DNA of 64,000 nucleotides, taken from assembly GCA_040954595.2 (NCBI GenBank), contig CM082596.2:7952468-8016467 (forward strand). The letters run 5' to 3'. The position numbers and the translations under genes are program-made. Of this stretch, positions 24,563-37,700 are shown one piece after another (positions within the stretch are counted from its first letter, which is position 1; each line of letters starts with the position of its first letter). Origin of the DNA: Balanoglossus misakiensis. Its lineage: Eukaryota; Animalia; Hemichordata. The notes beneath the pieces were generated by a model that was given only the letters and a program-made list of their open reading frames with translations, was not told the DNA's origin and ran no database searches.

Positions 24563-26931
24563 CATTCAGAGGGATTAACACTAATAAGTATAGTGGATGC
24601 AGGGAGAGATGTTGATGGCTGCTTGTGCCAGACTTACGAGGATGAACTTCAGATACCCCCCCCCCCCAAATATAACTATTTATGAAAGAAATCGACATCT
24701 TTGCTGTGAAGTCCTGCCTATAAAGGCCATTTTAGGAAAGTCCCCTGACTGGCCGCTATAGACAGGTTTGACTGTTATTGTATATTGTTCGTGCTGCAAT
24801 GCATTGTATCTGTTATCGCTATGACAGTGTTTGTGTCAGTCAGCTTATATAGGCATTTTAAACGCACAAATCTGACAATGCAAATTCTTGAAAGACATTG
24901 TCATAGGCTTTATAACTTTCCATGTCTACATGGCTGGCTGTATGTAAATCCTTATCCCATGGCGGGGTAAATAGAAACAGAATTTTCAGGCCAATTTCGC
25001 GATGCCTCTGTGACCTTTGCACCTAAACTCGGCAACCAATCAGAAGTGGTAGCACAAATCTCAGCTACCAGTCAAGTTCATTCTAAAAGTGCCTATGAGC
25101 CACAAATTGAAACAATGCAAATTTATTGATAACTGCATGCACACAAGATGTGAAGATTTGTGGTCATCAACTAAAGGCTTCTGTTGATGCTGGAGATAAA
25201 ATTCTAGGGCAGTCACCCCCTGGGCATTTTCCCACCAAGCTTATCGCTAAGTGGATGTAAAATGTCCAGATGGTACTTGTCCTGAGGGTAACCGTCTTCA
25301 TAAATAGTTTTCTTTTAAAAATAATTCTGGAATGACAAATGTAGTAATATGGCTACCCTGTCAAAGTTATGCTTCATTGTATACCTTCATTTCAAACTTT
25401 TAGAGCTAGTTCCCAATTTCGAAGATTAGTATTACAGTAAAAAGAAGCCAGAGCATAAACTTTAATTATTTGGATGAACTATGAGATCAACCATTTAAAA
25501 AATCCCATCTGTACTGCTGTAGCCATTTGTGTCGTTGGACATTCACAATCATGACACAATTTTTAATTTTCGAGGGAAAACCTGCTTAGGGAGATCGAGA
25601 TTTTGCCTTTGGGGTGGGGTAGGGGTGGGATGGGGTGGGGATTTTGGGTGCAATGTGGGAAAACTGAGAGTGGGGCAATGGGGTGGGCGTCAAAACAGGG
25701 TACTGTACACCAGCAACTGTCTGGCCACTCTAAGTGCATAGTTGCTTATTTTGTAAATACATAGTGACATACTATTTGCACAACACAGACTATTCCAAGA
25801 TTTGTAAAGTATCGTGTGAAACAAAAATATCTAAGCGTGTTTACATATGAAATATATCTATTAAAATAAAATGAAATTAGTACTGTCTGAAAGACTTTGA
25901 TTTAAAATGAACATATAGAGTTTAGAGCAGAGTTTTGCCTCCTGTATGGAGTGCTGTGGTGTTATTTTCCATAATTATTTTTTATGTGATTGCTTGATAA
26001 ATTATTCGTATGTTATTTCATGCATCAGTGATCGCGTTGCTGATGCAGTTTTTTTTCTGTTAAATATCCTTCGAAATGCTGCATCTCTGTTTATATGCAG
26101 TTTCCTGGTAAAGTTCGTTTGTGACCTTTGACCGTTACTTAATTTGCATATGTGGAACGGTCCTTTTGTTTTACATAGAAGCAATTGGGAGGATGATAAT
26201 GGTCATGTGTGGTTCAATTTTGTTGGATGTTCATTTCATTTGATTGAGGTAAAATCAGAACTTTGTCATATATTTTTCACCGCAGTGGTGATGATCAAAA
26301 ACTCTCTGGACTTTCACAGACAACTGTATTCCAAGAATAAAAGCCTCAGAGACAAGGCTACCCGTATATTTCTAAGATGCAGTCTATTTTTAAATATTGT
26401 TTCAAGTGGGTTGCCTGTTGATATTCAGATTTTTTAATTTCATTTCTGGCCCTGTAATCTGTGTAAAACACTGAAGGTTAAACCCCACAAGGCTATTTAT
26501 TACATTTCTTACATGTAGGTACTATTGTGTAAACATATTCATGACATATTTTATGACGACTTTAAAGATGCATTGTCTGTAATTTACTTATTTTTGTGTG
26601 TGATTTTTTTCTTGCCTTCATTTTTTTTCCTTTCCTGAAACTAACTTAATGACCAATGTTTACTGTTACACTGCTGGAACCTAGCAATCAGCCATTTGTT
26701 CAGTAATAGTTTAATGAAATTATTTCTGTATTTAACAAAAAAATATTACATTTGACTAGATTGTGTTTACAGACACAGTTGTGAGAATTGAGTTCTATCA
26801 GTGACTACTGATAGCCAAGTATGCTTCAGTGAATAAAAAAACAAACAATAAATATATGACGGAAAAATGCATTAAGAGGTCATTTATTTGTAGACTATGC
26901 ATCTTTAAAACATAGGGCGTAATATTATTAA

Positions 26932-28947
26932 CCTATGACAGACTGATATACATCAGTCAATATTAATTAACACATGTTGCACCTCAGTTGCATGTGCATC
27001 ATGGGATAAAAATATTGCAAAGAACTTGTATAAATATATACACAATATATCTGGGCAATATCATAAAGTTTCAACCTCAAAATACTCATCAGAATTTTAA
27101 GAGCCACAGTATTGTCTATAATTATTATACTTTTTGCTTTACACGTTTTTTTGTTATATTATTTTCTGAGTGTGCGATGTGTCATGAACTTTTTCAGTAT
27201 ATATTAATTTAAGAACTTCTCAAAGTTGCTTGAAAATGTTTTGTTTCTTCAGATCTATAAATTTCAAAATAAAAAGTAAATAAAAAGTCTATAACTATAT
27301 TGAAAGTGTGTCAAATGGTCCATTCCCCCCCCCCCCCCCCCCCCCTCCAAAAAACCCCCCACAAATGACTGTCTTGAGTGGTGGGCGTGGTGGGATTCCC
27401 CATATATTGTTATGCAAATTACACATTTTTGCAACTTCCGTTGAGAGAAGTATTTTTTTAACAGAATACCGCTATTCCTTTGTATATAACAGTAATATGT
27501 CATTATATGTACGAATTTCACAAAAAATGTTTTGTTAGGTGCGCTTTTAGAAGCACTTTCCGAGCTCCGAAAATTTTTTTCTATGACGATGTCAAAGGTG
27601 AAGAGGTCACTGCACTCAGAACCACGTGGAACGATGTTTACATTTTATCGTCTGCTGGGTTAAGCGTCAATATTTGTGAAGAAATGTGTGTGACAGCGGT
27701 AAAAGCGACGTTGAAGGTCCGCAGAGCCCCGCAGACGACAAATTTCATCGAGAAGGTGAGGAATTTTGTAATAAATATCGTCCGAAATGTTCCAAATCAT
27801 GATTGCTTGACCCAACCACGGTCACTCCAACTGTCGTCCGTGTCCCAACCTAGCTGCAGTTCAGTAGCTCGAGGTTTTATTTGACTGGTACTGTGTGTGG
27901 AAGCCTAGTCTCCATACCTAGTGTGTTTTTACTTTTAGATAGACTCATAGTCTGTCTAAAACACACTAGGTATGAATACCAGGCTATGTGTGTGGACAGC
28001 AAAACCAGGTCTTTCTGCCCACAATACCACAAGTGCCCGAGAACAGAGCCTATCTTGGGGCGTGTACATGTGCACAATACCAGGCAAAACCTCGAGATAG
28101 GGACTGGCTGTAGTAGTTACACTGCAGTATACTGTAAATATATTGACTGGCCATGCGGGCAACAACATACGTCTGTAACCCCGCGCCCCCCCCCCCAAAA
28201 AAGTCTGTTTTGGGGTGACTCACAGTCCCGAGAGGTGAAAGACGTATGGTGTTGCCCAAAAGGCCAGTCAATATGTGTTTTGATATACACCTCATCCGCA
28301 GCCATGCATAAGAACATGAAGTGAGCGGGCATAATTTTTCGTCACTGATGCCCATCGGGCAACAGTACGAAAAGAACGCACACCACACGACTATCAATTG
28401 GCAAATGAGAACACAGACTGTGGAAGAGGTGTGTTGCAACAGCTACTGAAGGCTGCAGCTGAGTGATATGAGGACGTGTTGAGACGTACCCTATATTTTC
28501 CAGGAGGGTATGGACTTTGTGCGTCCGGTCCATCAGTAAGAGATGCCTAACCTTTCTGCACAACTAATAGTTTGTACATGAAAGAAACATATCATTGTGC
28601 TAAGAACCCCGCCCCTTCATTTGTAAATATTAATTACACAAGTGCGAAGTAATGAATAAAAGAAGCATAGAGACACAATTTAAAATTGTACTTTCTTCAT
28701 AACTTATTGGGGAAGTTACGAGTAGGTTCTTCTCAGTACTAAGGCTATATCCAGGCCCTCCATAGACATTCTTTCGAGTAAAACACATCTAAGTGGGAAA
28801 GTGAATATTTGCAAATTCGTATTTTTGTAGAAGATTTATTTGAGAAATTCTAAAAATTTCTCTGAGTCAGCCCTATATCTTTTCATGTAGTGTGGATAAT
28901 TTTCTTGAGTCACCAGTGTGTTTGTTGAGTTAGTGGCACGTCATGGG
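26932..28947 (+). mobile_element. Possible highly decayed piggyBac-like element
   Basis: TTAA-CCTATGAC...GTCATGGG ends; stop-ridden peptide KRCV...GRVET...LCV...CLTFLHN* near 28410-28567 resembles the piggyBac C-terminal Cys-rich domain. Confidence 0.3.
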
Positions 28948-30402
28948 CTTAGAGGGCACACTGCCCCTTAGTGCCGAAAGAACACCATCCAGTAATGAAT
29001 AATCATTTGGAAACATTGATAAAAAAACCACAACCACCAAGTTTATCAGTTGCAAGGTATTTTATTTATTCATAAAATGGCAGACCATATGTCAAACGAA
29101 GGCCATAAATTTATTGATGCAGCATAGAGACAGTGTTAGAATACTTCCATGTACAATATTAGTCGACAGCAGCAAAAACCACCACAGCAAGGTTAAATAA
29201 AAATAAACCTTACCCCAAAAACCGTGAAATCATCACTCATATAAATTTACTCCAAATCTGCTGAAATCTTTCAAATTTACAAGTACTTGATTAGTTTCAA
29301 CATATCTCAGCTGAAGTAAACCTCCAAATGTTCAATATAATAAAATGTTTATGTTTTTGGAGTCGAGAACAAAAATGAGAGGTATATGTTATTGTCAAAT
29401 TCTCAGACCAATAATCCCCTGTACACAGTATACACAAGAAGAAACTACAATAAACAAAACAACCTGAAAATGCTCCTTTTTATTTTTCCAGGTTTTACAT
29501 ATGTTTAAAACACAACATAAAGAATAATAACTGTTCAAAAGCATTTACCCCTGCTAATTCCTATAGGCCCTTTCACTGTTAAAAAGCCAGAGACACTTTT
29601 TACAGAGATGTGAGGGGTGAAGACTAAATGAGTTGAAAAATCCTGAGGATATACTGAATTTTGCTTATCTTTTTTGTATACTTTCCAAATAAAAATAAAT
29701 TCGCAAAGCAGGAAATAGGAATTTACTTTTTGTTACAGCGAAGTTTTTTTTTGTTTCAAACATCTCACCTGCTTTTACAGACTGATTCACCCAACTCCCT
29801 CTGAAAAGTGAAGGAACACCACAAAATTACAGGGGTAAAACTGTAACTAACTGTATATTATACTCCTCCCCCCCACAAAAATGGCATGATCCAGTTTAGA
29901 GACAAAAAAACTATATATTTTTTTTTGTCTGAAACTTTCTAAAACCTAAACTACAAGTGTCTACCGAAAAACAAGAGTATTTTCAATAGAATATGTTTTA
30001 CAAGAAAATATAGTTAATTTACATGTGAATCATCAATGTTTATGAATTGAAAAGCAGTAATGTTTTTTAACTTAAATTTAACAGATGTGATGAAGAATAC
30101 ATATCCAGGATGGTTCACTTCAAGTTTGGAGTATTATGAGAGGATGAAACTGACGTCTTTGAGCAGCTGCCAAGCCACATGGTATGTACCGGTATATGTA
30201 TGTATATTGAGCGCATCCCCCTAACCCCCCTCCCCCCCCCCCAAACACATTCACACACATTGGCTTTCGACAACTTTATGTCAAAAATGAGCTACTTCAC
30301 CACTGAGGATATTTGCAGCATGTGTGAATGTTGTGTAAACAACACGTTTACTTTTATCAATTGATAGCTTGATGTTCCAATGATAATTTTGTTTCACTTG
30401 CT

Positions 30403-30494
30403 TTAACCCTTTCAACACCATGGTTCAGTCCAAACCCATTGTTTTCTATAGTGAGCTTGGAGCTCTAAGGAGGGAACTGGGGTGAAAGGGTTAA
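30403..30494. mobile_element. MITE family D (about 90 bp, TTAA CCCTTTCA...TGAAAGGG TTAA, piggyBac-type)
   Basis: CCC/GGG termini with TTAA. Other copies at about 3701-3796, 13065-13157, 16614-16700, 21829-21921, 32323-32416 and 38130-38212. Confidence 0.82.
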
Positions 30495-32322
30495 ACTTTG
30501 GGGGAGGGGGGGGGGGGGGCTCTGGCAAACTTAAGAAAGTTGTAATTCAATGAGCCTTGACTGGCTGATCGAGAAGATTGGGGCTCACCTTTATGTGTAC
30601 CGGTAGAATAAGCAGATTTTTACACCCAAACAGTGGTAGCACTTGTGATTATAAAATAAATGGGGCTTACACTCACCAGACAGGATGACAAATTCAGTTT
30701 GAAAATTTAAAAAATAAACATATTAACAAGAACAATCAAAGCAGTAATTAATGACCCAGTAATGCTAACTTTGGACCAGTTTTTCCTTTGAAAGTTGTCC
30801 GTTTTTTCCCCATACATTCCGTGTGGAATATTGTTCATTGAAGAGCAAGGTCTGTACTGCTGTGGTGACCTACAAGCAGTAACGGCCCTACGAATCGACA
30901 TACACTGTACTGTGCACGATTGTTGACAACTGCCGTGTTGTACATGTGACAGATAACGCTGATAAAACTTGTATTGCAAGATGTCTGGGATCACATTGCT
31001 TTTTGTGTGTTTCCTTGCAGAGTCTATAGATTTGAGGTTTCCGGCTGGAATGTTTCATGGATCCCATTTATGGCGAATCTTGGGAAGATTTGGTGGAACA
31101 TGCACAGGGATGTAGTTACCAGTACCGGTATGTACGTTTCACATGTCAACAAAGCATTTTTCACTGGTATATGTATTATAAAACATATACGATTGCGTCA
31201 GAGCCAGACTCAGCATGCAAACTGTGCAATTCAGAACCAATTTTCCTTTGGGAATATACATCATGTACTTTAAGATACCATTTTTAAAAAAAACATGAAA
31301 AAATGGTCCAAAGTTAGCATTACTGTGGCGCTTCTTTATTTGACAAGCAGGAACTCTGTCATCACTGACATAATTATACATGTTGCAAAGGTACATCAAA
31401 AGGTTATGACAGGTCAGAGTTGAAAGGTTACAGCATGATTGACACCATGGTGACAAATGGAGGTCAGGGGTTAAAAGGGTCACAATCCTGTACAGTGTTG
31501 TCTATTGAAAGATGGTGATTGAAATTAATAGACACTTTGTGTGTCTGTTTCCTCCTGGAATTTTAATCCACTGAACAATTTCACTTAGTAATTAATCACA
31601 TACCCAAAGATGCTCCTGTATTATAATCCCCTTTACCAGGTCATATCCCTCAGAAGCAAAGTTTACCAGGCAGTGATGTAGATAATAGCGGCTTACCAGT
31701 CAAAACGCCTGCCTGAACTCAGCATGTGGCTGGCTATGTTTCCAAACCCGATAGAAATACATATTTGACAAATTTTATGTTACCTGTAGTTCCTCTCGTC
31801 CGCCTGTTACAAAACATATCTACATCACAGCCAGGTACATATCACTGAAAAATTTGACATCTGTTGACAAATTTTCAGGCCCAGGACATAAAAACTTCCC
31901 TTATAGCAGTGTACAGTTATTGTGACATTTAAGCAAATGTTGGATAAATTAGCATATCATTAATATGCAGACCAGGTATTAATCATCTCTTCATGACATG
32001 AAAGCATTTAACTCCTTAAACACTAAAATATAAGATTTATCACAAAGACTGTTAACTAAGATTATAAAATTGACCAAAATTTCACATCGTGGTCATGTAC
32101 CGGTATATCTTTAATCTCTAAGTGATGAAAAAAAGCGTATTCGGTGCACTAACGCATTGAGAGGTATATTTTCGTATCCTGATGCTAAATTGTGTGTTTT
32201 TCATAATTGTTTACCTTGCAAATGCAGCTGACTGTGGTGTACAAACACACATGATAATACAAAGATGGAGACATTTCTATCGCGTGATTTCTATCACGCT
32301 GTCAAGCAGAAAGCAGCTGCTC

Positions 32323-32416
32323 TAAACCCTTTCACCACCATAGTTCAGTCCAAATCCATTGTTTTCTACAGTAAAGTTGGACCTCTAAAGAGGGAACTGG
32401 GAGGTGAAAGGGCTAA
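32323..32416. mobile_element. MITE family D
   Basis: Near-identical to 30403-30494. Confidence 0.8.
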
Positions 32417-32991
32417 ACGACTGAAAATTCAAATCGTTTCAGTCAAAAATAAACCATGGTAAACGCTTACATAGAAAAATATTCCCACTACAGTCAAAGA
32501 ATTATTTTCCTCCAGCGCAAAAATGTCGACCAGGTCAACAAGATGGGCCGGAAATCTGTGCAGCATTGCTTTGAAAGCTTTATCTAAGTAACCTTTCACA
32601 TATAAGAGTATATCCCAGAAAGTAAAATCTTAACTTTTTACTATTTTCAATGGTAAACATGGTCAACATGTGCATTTTTAGATTCACATGTGGAAAATCC
32701 ACATAAAGCAGCATGGATCGATAATTGAGGTATATATAATCCAGATTGACAAAATGCAATAACAGCTGCATGTATACAAAAAAAACACATAAACTTGACT
32801 CACATTTTTGACAAATTCCTGACCTGTACTTTGAGGCACTGGTAACAGCTGTTATTACATGTATGCAAAAAAACACAAGTCAAGCATATTTCCTGATAAT
32901 TTTCTCCAACTGCAAGAAATACAATGTATCTCTCCCTTCTATATACAAAAGGCTTCATTCAAAGTATTGTGTCAAGGGTATGTGTGCGATT

Positions 32992-33136
32992 GTGTGTGTG
33001 TGTGTGTGTGTGTCTTTGTAGCTGCAGCATGTTGTTTATGCCTAAAATTCACATCGCGTTTGAATATGCAGATACATGTAATATGGTATTTGTGTATGAT
33101 ATGTTTTTTGAGGGTGTCTTTGTGTGTGTGTGTGTG
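32992..33136. repeat. Two (TG)n tracts
   Basis: Directly visible at about 32992-33013 and 33121-33136. Confidence 0.9.
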
Positions 33137-34521
33137 TACATGTATGCATGTCTGTATTTATATGCATGTGAATGATTATTGCATTGTGTATGTGTGTCGT
33201 GTATCTCAGCAAATCAGTACATCACAAATATTACTTAATTTTTTTCAGCTGCGATGTTACTGAATTGTAAATAGGCTTGATTAAACACGGTGATCAACTT
33301 CCATTATAATTTTTAGTTGCCATAATGCTACAAATTTCAATACTAAGCAACACCTACTTCATAAAAAATAATAAATAACATTTACTTAGTTGCTGTTTGT
33401 CATTAAAAAAGAAATTAACACCTTTATACCATAATTTTATGTCTTAATGGAGTAGACTTCATGCTAAACCTACTGAACAAGTTTAATATCAAGATGACTT
33501 ATTGCAACCACACTGAGTGCTATACAAACATAACCATATCTGTGGAGTGACATTCTTTTTTTGTGCCTGTTTCCCTGATACTAGTACTAGTATTTTGTCA
33601 AACAGCGCCCTCTATGGTTAGGATATGTACATGCGTGAGGCCACTGATCACTAGTGCTCGCAAGTTGCTTTGACTGGTTTTACCAGAACACTAATTCACA
33701 GTAAATCCCTATTTTAAAGTGCTGAGGCTTAAATGAAGACACCTCCGTCACCCCCTTTTTCACTTTCCCCAGAATTCACATGCACATTTGTACACTGTCG
33801 TACAAATGTCTGGAAATTTGGAAGTTGCAAAATCTGATTTTGTTCCCAAGATCTCTGTGTCTGGGTCTGGATTCAAATAGGGACGTTACAGCATTTACCA
33901 AGTGTTCACAGTTTCACTATGCAAGTTTGCCTTCGCTGCGTGCTGTACAGTTTTGCGCGAAGCAATTGGAACTGAATGTGAAATACACAGACATTAGGTG
34001 AATTTTTTTTTGTCCAATACAGCGGCCATCACCAACCCGTCACATTTTACAGTGACGTAAAGTACCAGTATTAATATAACCTGAAATGTACATGGTCACT
34101 TCTAATTTACATAATGCCCATTCAGGGTTCAAAGGGCATGATTGTCTGAGTGTCCTCGTGACCATGTGTGGCGCTCCTGTATTTTCTCACGGCCCACCAC
34201 CTGAAAATTTGTGGCTGGTTATGGCTTTGCTGTATCCAAATGGTATCTGAGATAGATTTACACTAGGTGACTGAGTGCCTTAGAGTAACTTTTTACTAAA
34301 GTCTAACACTCGTATATATACTGTTTGACATAATTGAAACTCTAGTGGGTCATGCAATAACAATCTGGATATTAAAAATCAAAAGAAGTTTGATTAGTAT
34401 GGTGAATAAATTTTCGTTTCTCTATGCTCTAACAATTGTCACTCTTTAAAGATGTCTGTACAAACCAGTGTGCCGACAGAAAGTGTTTTCAGCTGCTATG
34501 GGTTCCAACTCTCGGGAACGT

Positions 34522-34772
34522 CTAGTCCGTCAGATTGAACACTTCAGCGTGCAGCGGCGACAGCTTGGTCAGCAACGGATTCTGAACTTTGAGCTCCATC
34601 AGTCGCTTGATGTGCTCCGGCCCGATTTCCCGGAGTTTTGGAATGGTGGTGAGGACTCGAGCGAAGAGGTTAGGATCGTCTTGGTGGCTGGTCTGGAGCT
34701 GGATCTGCAGGCCTTTCAACAGATCTCCCTGCAGGGCCTGCACCGCCTCCCGGTTCTTCAGACCAGGACGGT
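34522..34772 (-). CDS. Receptor 2 last exon: LBD helices 9-12
   Basis: ctgcag|AC CGT CCT GGT (DRPGL) ... [16 protein letters not shown]. Confidence 0.93.
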
Positions 34773-37700
34773 CTGCAGGAAAAGCATAAGGAGGATATGT
34801 ATAAATGAATATGATATGCAAATTTTTCACTACATGTATTTAAAGGTACAACATCTCTCTCTCGCTGCCCCTTTTTTCCATTGATTATGTTTGATACAAG
34901 ACACCGTTTATGTTATTCTACATGTGGATATATAGTGAATCAACGTTCAACCACACACACCTTCCATCCCACTTGAAGACATGAGAGTGAAAAACTCGCC
35001 AAAATGAATAATTGGTGTTTACCATTTATTCATTTTGGCGAGATTTTTACCCTCATATCTTACAAACGGATGGAAGTTATGTGTGGTCGAATGTTGATTC
35101 ATCATATATCCACTAAAGTGACTTGTAGAATAACATAAATGGTGTCTTGTATCAAACATAATTAATAGAAATAGGGCAGCGAGAGAGAGACTTTGTCCCT
35201 TTAATATAGCTACAATACACAAGGCCATGAAGTTTTCACTCAGTGATCTTGTTTTGGCACGTCTTGGAAGGACGCCCTCTTTAATGAAAAAGGTGTATCT
35301 CAGAGTCGGGTACGTACCTGCAGCAACCATTATGACTGCATTCAGCATGGCAATCTCGTCGTCAGTCAACTCAAACTGGCTGAAGCGACGTGCAAAATCG
35401 TACAACAGGTCGATGATGCTGCCCAGCGGCGACTTGATGGCCGCGTCCTTGCTGAAGCTGTCGCCGGTGGTCCAGTAGTGGACCATGTTGGAGTTGAGGT
35501 CCATCACCGTGGTGAAGCGGACGGCGGCCACCTCGAAGAGGCCGCACTTGATGAGGGTCACCTGGTCGTCCCTGTGCAGGGAGCGGAAGCCCGGGATCTG
35601 TTTGGTGAAGATGACGATGCGGGTGATGAGGCCCGTGAACTTGTTGGCGAAGAACTGCACCATGTGGGCGGCCGTGAGCTCCTCCGCCGGCATGTCCAGC
35701 TCCTTGGGCGGGAGTTCGGACGTCGGGAAGTCCGGCGGCGGCGGACAGCGACTGCAGTCGTGGAGTTCTCTTCCCTGAAAATGAAGGGAAGTAATTGGTA
35801 TTACCTCAAAATCCAATCGACAGCTGCACTGAACTATAGTACTCTAGTCTGTAACTACATGTATGATGTGAAGTCCGGCTAAGCACAAACAAAAAAGGCG
35901 ATAATTGGTGTTCAACCTTACAATCAGAAACCTTCCATTGAATGTCCAGGAATTCACTGCACAATGCAAGGAACAAGCCCCTTCTCTATTGAATTCTATA
36001 GAAATGTATAGAATCCTATTGAATTCCACAGAACATTTTTAATAAAGGGCAATTTGTGTGTAATCAGGAGACAGAGCAAATCTATGGCAGTAACAAAATA
36101 AGTTAGTCAACAAACTAGGGACTGTACTATAATAAGCCTCATTAATAAACTTCTCAAGGACCAGGAGAATTTGAAAGCTTTACCTTGCTGTCTGTAGTTG
36201 GTTCAAATATCCCGTAATATTTAGCTTTCAACATGCGTATTCTGGCGTATGTAAAGTGGCAGATGTCGTGATGCGTCTTGGCGACCTTGGTACACAACTT
36301 TGACAGTCGAATCTTCTGCTCTGGGGTGGGTTCCTCACAATCCACTTCAAACTGAGGTATACTTGGCACTGCTTTTGAGGAGTCTTGGGGGCTAGGAGTG
36401 GGTGTGTCGAAGGGGAAGAACTTCCCGGGAGAATTCATGGCCGACAGGGAGAACGGCGAAAGCGAGTGGCTGAAGTTTGGAGACGGCGACTGCTCCAGCT
36501 CTTTGACGTCGAACGGCGGCAGGGGTAGTTCTTCTGCGTCAGCTGCGCTGAGAGGAGCGGTGGGCTGTGGGGAGCCGTCGTTCTTCTGCGAGGGGGAGCT
36601 GGCCGCCGAGGTCGTGTGCTGCCCTGGTTTCTGCGGTTTGGAGAAGAACGGGCTCTCCAGTTTGTTGTCGCGAGGGTGTTCGGGAAACAAGTTTGTGGAC
36701 TTGAAGTTGGGACTACCGGGCACTTTCTGCTCCTCTTGCGAGATATGTTCCTGACTGTCGTTTCCGACGCCTTTCCCGTCCCCTGAGTCACTCTTCGGCT
36801 GATTGACGACCACCACAGCCGGCGGAATCTGACCGTTTATAGCCATCGTTTGCGACGCAGATCCAATCTGCTGAGGAATGAGGATCACCGGTTGCCCCGA
36901 CAACAACATCTGATTGATCGCCTCGGCCGAAATGCCCTTGATATTCGACAAGCTCGAACTGGCCATGTTGCTTGCACTGTTCGGCGACATTGGGAACCCG
37001 AATCCCGTCTGGCCGTCCTTCCCGCATCCCTCCGGAAAATCCCTGCTGTCATCCTTGGATCCGTATCTCTCGTAGGCACACGCGGATTGTGGGTTTTCAG
37101 ATTTGATCTGGATCCCGTCTGTATTGTAGAAGCCCGACCCGAACCGGGTCTGACCCTTCTCGCCGTTGACGTGATTGAACATGCCGTGTGAAGATCCCCA
37201 GGGCTGTCGCATGTAGTCTCCCTTCATTTTCTTCTCCGGGTTTTCTTGTTTCATCGTGATCATATCCTGCATTCGTTCAATCATTCTCTTTGAACGCCGT
37301 CCCAGTCGTGATGCTGTGAAGACAAAAATGGACATTTCAGCCCTGCTGAATAGTCACTGAAACTGCTCGTGTTTCGAAAAATCTTTCTGATCTTTATCAA
37401 AGTTCATAAGGTATTTCCAGAAGGGTGATAAAAGCAATACCAACTTCATATATAAATGGACACAAAATTGATAGTAGGTCTATTTTTTATAATCTCAGCA
37501 AATTGACCTCCTTGCTGATTATTAATTACATGATGAAATGTATATCTTAATGATTCAAAGTTTCAATTTTATCCACCATAAGACTATATATTCAGTTATG
37601 ATTTACAATGATACAATGTATGTGTATACTGTACGTACACACACATGTACATGTACAACCAGAGACAATCACAATACCAAATCTCATTCAAGATAGTGAG

